DNA of 64,000 nucleotides from Azolla caroliniana (taxonomy: Eukaryota > Plantae > Polypodiophyta). The notes below the pieces were generated by a model. The model ran no database searches, was not told the origin of the DNA, and saw only the letters and a program-made list of their open reading frames with translations. The translations under genes were made by a program, and so were the position numbers. The stretch spans positions 23,374,001-23,438,000 of the forward strand of contig JBHGNT010000005.1 of NCBI GenBank assembly GCA_043228905.1, read 5' to 3'. Below are positions 47,667 through 58,102 of this stretch, piece by piece. Position 1 is the stretch's first letter; every line of letters begins with the position of its first letter.

Positions 47667-48621
47667 GGCGAGGATTGATTTTGATCACTCACCTTCACAG
47701 TTCCCGTGAGGGTTACAACCACTCACTTTGTTGGTGGGGATTGAATCATTGCTCATTTTCACTCTATTTTCATTTCGGGTCAAGTTTCACTCCACTTTCC
47801 TTTGGCAAGGATCGATTTTGATTGCTCACCTTCCCAATTCTGGTGGGGGTTACAACCGCTCACTTTCCTGGTGGGGATTGAATCATTGCTTGCTTGCACT
47901 CCATTTTCATTTTAGTTCAAGTCTCGCCACACTTTCCTTTGGCGAGCACCTATTTTGATCACTCACCTTCTAGTTCCGGTGGGGGTCACAACCACTCAAT
48001 TTCCTGGTGGGGATTGCATCGATTTCTCGCTAGCACGACTGTTTGTGCCATGTTTTGGGTCAACCTCGACTATTTACCCTCTCATGATAGAAGAAGTCGA
48101 GTCAACCGTTTTACCCAGTTCTGGTGGGGGTTACAACCGCTCACTTTCCTGGTGGGGATTGAATCATTGCTTGCTTGCACTCCATTTTCATTTTAGTTCA
48201 AGTCTCGCCACACTTTCCTTTGGCGAGCACCTATTTTGATCACTCACCTTCTAGTTCCGGTGGGGGTCACAACCACTCAATTTCCTGGTGGGGATTGCAT
48301 CGATTTCTCGCTAGCACGACTGTTTGTGCCATGTTTTGGGTCAACCTCGACTATCTACCCTCTCATGATAGAAGAAGTCGAGTCAACCGTTTTACCCAGT
48401 TCTGGTGGGGGTTACAACCGCTCACTTTCCTGGTGTGGATTGAATCATTGCTTGCTTGCACTCCATTTTCATTTTAGTTCAAGTCTCGCCACACTTTCCT
48501 TTGGCGAAGACCGATTTTGATCGCTCACCTTCTAGTTCCGGTGGGGGTCACAACCACTCACTTTCCTAGTGGGGATCACATCGATTTCTCGCTAGCACGA
48601 CTGTTGTGCCGTGTTTTGGGT
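47667..48621 (+). repeat. 281-bp tandem repeat built from GTGRG..CTCAC subunits (continues at 53754-53805 after Copia E)
   Basis: ORF-track repeats are offset by 281 (47894/48175); the repeat resumes in register after the insertion. Confidence 0.9.
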
Positions 48622-51600
48622 TGTAAAGAATCAAGAGATGGATTCTTGTGAAGCGGAAGAGATGTGAGTTATGTGTGTGTTTAAGGGAGAGAGAGAGAGA
48701 GAGAAACACAAAGAATACGCAAGGTAAAAGTATATTGACAAAGGACAAAGGAGTTGCGGAATCCATGCTCCAGCTTGCGTTGTGCGTAGTTACGAAGTCT
48801 GTGCTTCGGCTTGCGTCTTTCTTCGCGGCTTTGTTGTGTGGTTGCGTAATCCACTCGTTATTGTGTAATATCTTCAGTACTCCCCCTCAAGCTTGGCAGG
48901 TTAGGGATCGTCAATCCGAGATCGGTCATGAATTGCCATAGCTTGTCGGCCCCTAAGGCTTTAGTGAAGATGTCAGTCATTTGAAGATTGGTGCTAATGT
49001 GTTGTAGGTCGACATCGCCAGCTAGAACGCGCTCTCGGATGAAGTGATAGTGCAATTCGATGTGCTTTGTCTGCGCGTGGAACACAGGGTTCCGAGCCAG
49101 ATAAATACTGCTCATGTTGTTGCAATAAAGGGGAGTCGGATCCTTGATGGGAATGCCCAAATCCTTCAAAATCCTCTTAAGCCATACGGCTTCACATGCA
49201 GCTACGGCGGCGCCCCTATATTCCGCCTCCGTACTCGAAAGAGCGACAGTAGGCTGCTTCTTGCTACTCCAGGATATTGCTTTGCTGCCGAGGGAGAAAA
49301 CAAATCCGGAGGTTGATCTTCTATCGGCTTTGTAGCTGGCCCAATCGGCATTTGTGTACCCCTCGAGTCGTATTGGCATCGCGGTCTTGTAGAGGATGCT
49401 GCAATCCATTGTGCCACTCACGTATCGTAGAACTCGCTTAGCGCAATCCAAGTGAGTATGACGCGGTGTTTGCATGAATTGGCTAAGGAGACCGACCGGA
49501 TAATTGAGATTGGGTCGAGTGATCATGAGGTAGATGAGACTCCCGATGAGATGCCGATACTGAGTCGGCTCACACGCTTTGGTGCCAGAGTTTGCATCTA
49601 GTTTGAGATTACGATCAAGTGGGGTTGCCACTGATTTGCACTCAGACATCCCGAACTTGTATAACAAGTTGAGCATGTAGTGCCGTTGAGAGATCATGAT
49701 TCCGGCCGGAGTCCGAATTACCTCGATGCCGAGGAAGTAGTGGAGCTCCTTCATGTCCGTCATCTCGAACTTGTCGGAAAGGAGGGATTTGACTTTATTG
49801 ATTTCGACGAGATGCTCACATCCAATGACTACGTCATCCACATATAAAATGATGATGATCGGACTTGTGGAATCGCTTCATATGTAGAGGGAGTTGTCCG
49901 ATTTTGACATACGGAAGCCGATTTGATGAAGATATTGCGTTATCTTCGAATGCCAAGCACGCGGTGCTTACTTGAGGCCGTAGAGTGGCTTCTTGAGTCG
50001 GCAAACCGCTTTCGGATGGGTGCTTGAGTTGAAGTCGGGTGGTTGGATCATGTACATCTCCTCTTCTAATTTGCCTTGTAGAAAGGCGTTCTTGACATCC
50101 ATTTGATGGAGGTGCCACCCTTTCGCCGCGGCAATCGCAATTACAATCCGCACTGTCGTCATCTTTGTCATTGGGGCAAAGGTCTCTTCGTAGTCGACGC
50201 CATGCGTGTGAGCGTATCCTTTCGCTACGAGTCGAGCTTTGTAGCGGTTTACGGAGCCATCAGCGTTATACTTCACCTTGTAGATCCATCTGCATCCGAT
50301 CGCCTTTTTGTGTGGTGAGGTGGGAACGAGATCCCATGTCTCGTTCTTTTGTAGTGCATGCATCTCCTCGTTCATTGCTTCGATCCATCGTGGGTCCTTC
50401 GCGGCTTCCGAAAAGGTTTCTGGCTCCCGTACTGTCGCTACCTTCATCATAAAGGCGTAATGGTATGCCATATAATCGTTGTAGCCGAATCGGCTTACGG
50501 GGTTCTTTTCACGAGTGGATCGGCGGAGTTTTTCATTTGCAGAGATGAAGGCTTTCTTAGCTCCGATTGGTACATCGAAGCCGCCGAACTCACTATCGAG
50601 TGAATGAGTCGATTCATCGTCGTCAAAGCGATCATCTTCATATTCCGCCATTTTCGCCTTGCCTTTGTCCATCTTCGGGCTAGGCCGTGATGTGCTTTGA
50701 TCGCTCAAAGGCTCTTGTGGTCCGCTCAATCGGGTCGTGATCGGACTTTCTTCGAATATGCGCATAAGGCGATCTTCATCCTCGATCTCTTGTTCGGCGA
50801 ATTCCGGGTTGAGCGGAATCGGAGTTGGAGTTGTCTCTGGTGCGTACCAGGATGCGGACTCGTCAAAAACGACGTCTCGACTTCCTCGAGATTTTCGAGT
50901 TGAGGGGTTGTAGCACTTATACCCCTTTTGCTCCAATGAGTATCCTACGAGGATACATTTCTCCGACTTCGGGTCAAGCTTTTGATGCTTCTCGTTGGGG
51001 ATGTGCACGTATGCTATCGCGCCGAATATCCGGATGTGCGATAAGTCCGGCTTCTTTCCGAAGTATTTTTCGTGCAGAGTGACCTTGTGCACGCCGGATG
51101 TTGTGCACCGGTTCATTAGGTAGACGGCCATATTTGCAGCTTCGGCCCAATATGACTTGGGCATATGCTTCTCGTTCATCATGGCCCGCGCTACTTCGAG
51201 GATGTGCCGATTTTTGCGCTGGGCTACTCCGTTTTGTTGCAGAGTGTGTTGGCAAGTGAATTCTCGCTGAATTCCTTCCTTTCAGAGATATGCCATGAAA
51301 TCGTCCGAGAAGTACTCCTTGCCGCCATCCGATCGAAGGCATCGTACATGTCGGCCCGTGGCTTTCTCGACTTCATTCTTGAAATTTTGGAACTGTCCGA
51401 ACACTTCGCTCTTTTGCCGCATCGAGTAGATCCAAGTGTGTCTAGAGAAGTCGTCGATGAAGAGCACGTAATATTAGCATCCGCCGAATGTAGCCGTCTG
51501 CGCCGGTCCCCGTACGTCGGAATGGACTGCGTCAAGTAGACCTTTGCTCATGTTCCGCTCTTTCGGGAACGGGTATCAGTGTTGCTTGCCGAATTGGCAC

Positions 51601-53753
51601 GCTTCGCATACACCTTCAATCTCCTTCTCTTTGAATGTCGGGAGTCCGATGACGACTCCTTTCGATTTCATTGCTTTGAGTTTGTTGAGATTGATGTGGC
51701 CAATTCGCTTGTGCCATAGCTCTATGTCGGAGTCGGCTTTCGTGTTTTTCGCGAACATGGTGAATTTCATCTCGCGTGAATCGAGAATGAACATCCGGCC
51801 CTCTCTTCGTCCACGTGCGATGAGTTGGCCCTCTTTTTCAATGAAGCAACTACCTTGATTAAATCAAACTTGCATTCCCTTGCTCTACAATTTGGCCGAT
51901 GGAGACCAAATTCTTCGTAATGGTCGGTACATGCAAGACATTTTTAATGTAACTTTGCTTACCTTCTTTTCCGAACGGAACATTGCCAATGTGCTGAATC
52001 GGGTGTGTAGTGTCGTCTCTTGTTTTGACATAGCCGGGTCGGTCCAGCTCTCGAAGTTCTCGGAACCATTCTTGATGCAATGTCATATGGTTCGAGGCAC
52101 CGTAATCGACGAACCATATGTCTTCCGGACCGGAGGCACTAGTTGAGGTAGCGGCCGACATAGAGTTTGCTCTATGTGTCATCATGAACATTCCGCCACG
52201 GTCAGAGTTGTGCGCATACATTCCGCCACGATCTTCGTAGTCGGAGTTGTGCCCGTACATTTCGCCACGGTCGGAGTTGTGTGCATACATTCCGCCATGA
52301 TCTTCGTAGTCGGAGTTGTGTGCGTAATTCGTGAGTTGTCGGCTTGTGGAAGCCGATTCACGCATCTTCTTTCGGCAGTCTTCTTCATGGTGGCCGAGCT
52401 TTCCGCAATATCTGCATTCAGTTGCGTTTTGACGGCTCGGGTTGGAGTGGAAGCTCCCCCTTCTTGCGAAGGTTCCTCGTTGGCCTCCGTTTTGCAGCCG
52501 AAATTGGGAGTTGTTGTTGTAGGTCGGACCTCGTCCGCCTTGTCCTTGGCCGAATCGGCCTCTCGCTCGTCCGCGTCCTCTTCCTCCATTAGAGTGCGTG
52601 TAGAGCATGTGGCCTTCCGACTCATTGCTCCTTGTACGCACGTGGTTTTCTTCGACCAATAACATTGAGTGGAGCTCAAAGAAGGAGGGATATTTCTCCC
52701 GTGCGAGAACGGCGGTTCGCATCGCGCCGAACCGTGGTGCGAGGCCGCCGAGGCATATTTGCACCATTTCATCATCATCTATACTTACGTTTATTGAGCC
52801 GAGCGAGTCACAAAGCTCCTTGATCTTCAAGGTGTATGTCGTGATGGACATGTCCCTTTGTTGAATGTTGTTCAACTCTTGGCAGAGTTGAAGCTTCCTC
52901 GCGGTCGTGTTGGCGGCGAAAATCTTTCGTAGATTTTCCCACGCTTCCTTCGGCGTCTTGGCTTCTCGAATGTAACCGAGCATGTGGTCGTGAACACATG
53001 TCGCCAAACAATACATCACGCGGCTTGCGGCTTGCTCCCATGTCGCGTATCCGAGAGCCGCTTCGGCGGGTCAGTCTTCATGCGCTCCTTTGATGTAGCT
53101 CCAAATAGCCTTGTCCCACAAGGTATTGGTGCATCTTGTACTCCCAAGATGCGAAGTTGTTCCTATCCAACTTCTCAGTAGGGAGAGCGCTCCCCATTTG
53201 AGTATTCATTATGTCGATTCTTCTTCTTCTTCTTCTCTCTTCGAATGTGAGCTATGTGGCGAAGGTACGATAGCGATGAGCCGGTTCTTGGTCGTCGGCG
53301 TGGAGCACAACACACGATCACAATGAGGCGAATGGGCTAGATCGAGCTACCAAATCGCTCTGATACCATGTAAAGAATCAAGAGATGGATTCTTGTGAAG
53401 CAGAATAGATGTGAGTTATGTGTGTGTGTAAGGGAGAGAGAGAGAGAGAGAGAGAAAAACACAAAGAATACGCAAGGTAAAAGTATATTGACAAAGGAGA
53501 AAGACTCAACATTATACAAGGTGGGAGGAGGGTGCTTTATGTAGTCACCCTCTCTCTTCATTAACTACAAGACTCATGGAGCATGGGGAATGTGAAAGCT
53601 CATAAGTTATGTGTCATAGAATATGATTCTATGACTCATACTAAATGCTAGAATACAAAGAGGTGACATAATGGTGACTCTTGACCATTGGAGTGTCTAT
53701 TCACTCTCAAGGTGAGTTCACACACTAGACCAAGTTGAGCTTGATTCTCAACA
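48622..53753 (-). mobile_element. Element E: near-complete degenerate Ty1/Copia
   Basis: 5' LTR 53369-53753; iMet PBS 53357-53368; gag-PR-INT-RT-RH fragments 48858-53210; 3' LTR reduced to 48622-~48750 (U3 and PPT deleted); flanks share GGGT. Confidence 0.93.
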
Positions 53754-53845
53754 GGGTCAACCTCGACTATTTACCCTCTCATGATAGAAGAAGTCAAGTC
53801 AACCACTTCACTTGCACTCCTTCGCCTGTTGTTGTTCCAGTTCTT

Positions 53846-54299
53846 GGTGAGGACCGCACATGGTTGCTCACATTCCAATTCCCGATGAGGGCCACACATG
53901 GTTGCTAACACTTGTTTGTGTTCTAGTTCTTGGTGAGGACCGTATGGTCGCTCACGTTCATTCGTGTTCCCGGTGAGGACCGCTCATGGTCTCTCACGTT
54001 CCAATTCTCCGTGAGGGCCTCACAAGGTCGCTCACGTTCCAATTCCCGGTGAGGGCCACACATGGTCGCTCATGCCCGTTCGTGTTCCAATTCTTGGTGA
54101 GGACGACACATGGTTGCTCACGTCCATCGGTGTTCTAGTCTCCGGTGAGGACCGAACATGGTCGCTCACGCCCATCGATGTTCCAGTCTCTAGTGAGGAC
54201 CGCACATGGTCGCTCACCTAGTCTCCGGTGAGGACCACACATGGTCACTCACGCCGTTGGTGTTTGCGCCTCCGATGAGGAAAACACATGGTTTCTCAT
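53846..54299 (+). repeat. Array of 11 palindromic units (GGTGAGGACCRCACATGGTCGCTCAC) upstream of the PPT of H
   Basis: Counted by eye; spacing 35-48 bp. Confidence 0.9.
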
Positions 54300-56944
54300 G
54301 ACCGTCACTGCTCCACTTCTTGTTCACTCCTACACCACGCTTTCGAAAAAGCGGTCGTAAAGGGGAGGATAATGTCACGACATAGTGACATCAAATACAG
54401 AGTTGGTGAGGATTGAACCTACAACCTCACATCAACAAAATGTCATGCTAGACCATTTTGATATGAGCATGTATTTGTATTCTAGTTTTTATTGTATAGT
54501 CTAGCATATAACAAATTTCAGAATTAGAATACTCTAGTTAGTATATTCTAGAAATATTGTATGGTATATTCTAGACGAGTATATTCTAGAGATATTCAAT
54601 CTCGCAACTTGCATAAATACTTCTAACCTCCATGGTCCCTTTCAGAGGATTCAATACCAGTCATTGACACATTAATCTAGTATTCTTGTTCCATTCCATT
54701 TTGTCTCGTTCTTCATCTTTGTCTTCATGCTCTCCATAGCTCCCTAAGTTCATAGTCTCATCACTCACAGCTTCTAGAGTTCCTAGCCTCGTCACTTCCA
54801 GTTCCACGTTCGTACTCCATGCTCCGTCGTACTTTGGTTCGTCATCCATGCTCCGTCGTAGTTTGCGGTTGGTGTGTCCATGATAGCCACCCTCAGTAGG
54901 GACTTGCATTGACTATGTGGAGACTACGATTTTGTGGTGAACATTCTCTTGTAGCAAGTATGCCAGTACGAGGTAAGACTCGATGCCATGGCGGTGGTAT
55001 GGGACACCGATCAATGCTTGAGTACGTCTCGATCTCTTCCCTTGGGGTTGGTCGGGTGGATCGACACCCTTCTCTCTCTCTCTCATCTACCTATCATTTA
55101 TTTCCTGGTTTCATGCTTACATTAGGAACAATCTCTAACAATAGTTGTGAGGGAATTCAGAAACTTAGGTATCAAGAAAGAATGTTCTTGAAAATATCAT
55201 AGTGTTAATGGACTCCCTAGGTTTTTGGAATCACCCAAAATGAAAAATAAGAGGGAGTTGTAAGACTGTCAGAGTGAAGGTTTGTTGAGAATCAACCTCA
55301 ACCTAGTCTAATGTGTGAACACACCCTTGAGAGTGTATGAACACTCAAAGGTCAAAAGTCACACCACTACTCTCTAAACATATTTGCTGCCAATATGACG
55401 ACACGAAAGCTTCAACTCTGCCAAGAGTTAAACAACATCCAACAACGAGACATGTCCATCACAAGACAGAAGCCATCAAGGAACCTTCGGAAGAAACGGG
55501 AGCTTCCATTCCGGTCCGAGGCGACAAACCTCGACTAAATGCGGATATTGTGGCAAAATTGGCTACCACAAAGAAGAGTGCCGAAAGAAGAAGTGTGAAT
55601 CGGCTTCCACAAGCTGACAGCTCAGAAACTATGACACAAACTTTGACTATGAAGACCATGGTAGAATGTTCGTGATGAGACATAGAGCAAATTCTATGTC
55701 AGCTTCTACTTCGACTAATGTCTCCAATCCGGAAGATGTATGGTTTGTTGACTCCGGTGCTTCGAACCATATGACGTCTCATCAAGAATGGTTCCAAGAC
55801 TTACGAGAGTTGGATCAACTCAGCTATGTTGAAACCGGAGACGACACCACTCATCCGATTCGGCATGTCGGCAATGTCCCATTCGGGAAAGAAGGTGAAC
55901 AAACTTGTATAAAAAATGTCTTGCATGTACCCACCATAACGAAGAATTTGGTCTCAATTGGCCAAATTGTGGAGCAAGGGATCCACGTTCAATTCAACCA
56001 AGGTGGTTGCTTCATCGAGAAGGAAGGCCAAATGATTGCTCGTGGTCGAAAGGAAGGCTGAATGTTTATCCTCGAATTGAACAAGGTAAAATCAGCCATG
56101 TTTGCAAAGGGCCTCAAAGTCGACACGGACGTAGAGCTATGGCATAAAAGAATTGGCCATTCAATCTCAACAAAGTCAAGGTGATGCAATCGAAAGGAGT
56201 CATCATTGGACTTCCGACATTCAAGTAGAAAGAGATTGAAGAAGTATGTGCAGCATACCAATTCGGCAAGCAACATCGGCACCCGTTTCTGAAGGAGAGG
56301 AACGTGAGCAAAGGCCTATCGGCACCCGTTTCTGAAGGAGAGGAATGTGAGCAAAGGCCTATTGGACGTAGTCCATTCGGATGTGTGGGGACCGGCACAG
56401 ACGGCCACATTCGGAGGATGTCGGTACTATGTGTCATGATATGGCAAGACTCGAACCCATGACCTTATGCTACATGGGTCGAGCTCTTACCATTAGACTA
56501 TGAATTATAATTTATAGAATATTATTTTCATTTATGCTTTATCATAGAAAATTGATGTATATTCCAAATCTCTCTAGAACATTCTAGAAGCTTCAGGCTT
56601 ATTCCTAAAAACACTATAAAAGGAGGCACAAGGCATTGTTTTGAACCAAATTGGTTCAACACCAGTCTTAAGCCTCTTAGCCGCTTTGTACTTATCTTTC
56701 ACATAATATATTAGCTGTTGTCATCATCTCTCTCTCTCTCTCGTTCTCGCTATTTCTCTCTCTCCTCTTCTCACTTCCTCTCTCGGGAGTCTTACGTAGT
56801 CCCGTCCCCTTAGTACTAATAGTACCACTCTTCTTTAGTACTAATTCCATCTCTGTTTTAGTACTATTCCTGACAGTTTGAACCAATTTTTTCCTCCAGC
56901 CTACTTGTCACTCTCCCTCATCCTCCTACCCTTTTCCCTATACT

Positions 56945-58102
56945 ATGGCTACTGTTAGCGCCCAAGAATACCAATCCGTTTTCTCCGAGCTACAGTGCCT
57001 AAAAGAAAAGTTTGTTGCCCTGGAACAAGAAAACCAACGGTTGATAGGGGATCTGCAACAAATCGCTCTAGAAAAACAACAAACGCAACAACAACATGGG
57101 GAGTTAGCGTTACGGGTACAACAACTCAAAGCAGCGTTGCAACAACAAGGATCAAGTCCCCAAGGATTTCATAAAGAGCCCAAGATTGGACTTCCTGTGA
57201 AATTTGATGGAACGCAATCGCAATTCCGGGGATTCCTTAATCAGGTACACTTAGTCATCCAGATGCATCCTTCTCGATATCCCACTGATGCATCTCGAGT
57301 CGGCCTAATAGGCACGCTACTTAGCAGCTCAGCCTTGGCATGGTTCGCTCCGCTTCTAGAAAAACAATCGCCCTTGCTTAATCACTTTGAAGATTTTATT
57401 GGTGAGTTTAAAGCCTGCTTTGGAGATACCGACAGCATCAGGACGACGATCAACAAGATCCGAAGATTGCGTCAAGGCGATCGTCTAGCCTCTGCCTACG
57501 CGGCAGATTTCCGTCTACTCGCCTTAGATATCCCCTGGGATGATCAGGCCCTCATGGAGCAGTTTCGCTACGGCTTGCGCAACGATGTCAAAGACTTGCT
57601 TTTAACCTTCCCCGAAGAACCAAAGTCTCTTACAGAGGCAATCAGTCGAGCGGTCCGATGCGACAACAGCCTTTTCGAACGGCGTTCGGAACATCAGTTA
57701 CAAATACCACGCTCTCGGCCGAAACCCACATATGCCTCAGTCACGGCTAAACCGTTTGCATGCGATGTACCTCAAGCCAATATTCCGACACCGATGGAGA
57801 TCGACACCATGCGTCGACGCGGCCCGTTATCGGAAGAAGAAAAGCAACGACGACGTGCCAATCGATTATGTCTTTATTGCGGTGGACCAGGGCATATCGC
57901 CATCAATTGTCCCCATAGGCCAAGAAGACAGGTAAATCAAATCGTCGCATGTATTAAACCTGAGTCAATTCTTCCCTTCGGAGTGTCTGATAGTATTAAT
58001 AGTACTAATAGAGTGTCAGATAGTATTCATAGTACTAATAGCCCAAGTATCTCAAATAAATTTGAAATCCTTAGTCAATTAGATGAAGAGTTAAACGATT
58101 GA
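56945..58102 (+). CDS. gag: Gag of element G (385 aa, open)
   Basis: Coiled-coil N-terminus, PVKFDG, LRQG...AYAADF, PTPMEID and zinc knuckle CLYCGGPGHIAINC. Confidence 0.9.
   Translation: MATVSAQEYQSVFSELQCLKEKFVALEQENQRLIGDLQQIALEKQQTQQQHGELALRVQQLKAALQQQGSSPQGFHKEPKIGLPVKFDGTQSQFRGFLNQVHLVIQMHPSRYPTDASRVGLIGTLLSSSALAWFAPLLEKQSPLLNHFEDFIGEFKACFGDTDSIRTTINKIRRLRQGDRLASAYAADFRLLALDIPWDDQALMEQFRYGLRNDVKDLLLTFPEEPKSLTEAISRAVRCDNSLFERRSEHQLQIPRSRPKPTYASVTAKPFACDVPQANIPTPMEIDTMRRRGPLSEEEKQRRRANRLCLYCGGPGHIAINCPHRPRRQVNQIVACIKPESILPFGVSDSINSTNRVSDSIHSTNSPSISNKFEILSQLDEELND

Larger units (their letters stand above)
24308..54885 (+). mobile_element. Element H: old non-coding (non-autonomous) LTR element of self-priming type, hosting D, B, C, G', E and the solo LTR
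   Basis: Diverged LTR pair 24308-24780 and 54373-54885; PPT AAGGGGAGGATAA before the 3' LTR; PBS-like GTTTAAATCCCTT after the 5' LTR complementary to AAGGGATTCAA ~30 nt past the TATA; possible decayed TSD ACCAT/GCCAC; no gag/pol recognised in its own internal DNA. Confidence 0.75.

Noticed and set aside
47157-47678. 173-aa hydrophobic ORF
   Set aside because: Low-complexity (CAT)n-like DNA with no recognisable homology.
53846-54299. CRISPR-like palindromic repeats with spacers
   Set aside because: Spacers are short and related to each other, repeats are degenerate, no cas genes are present and the context is a eukaryotic retroelement.
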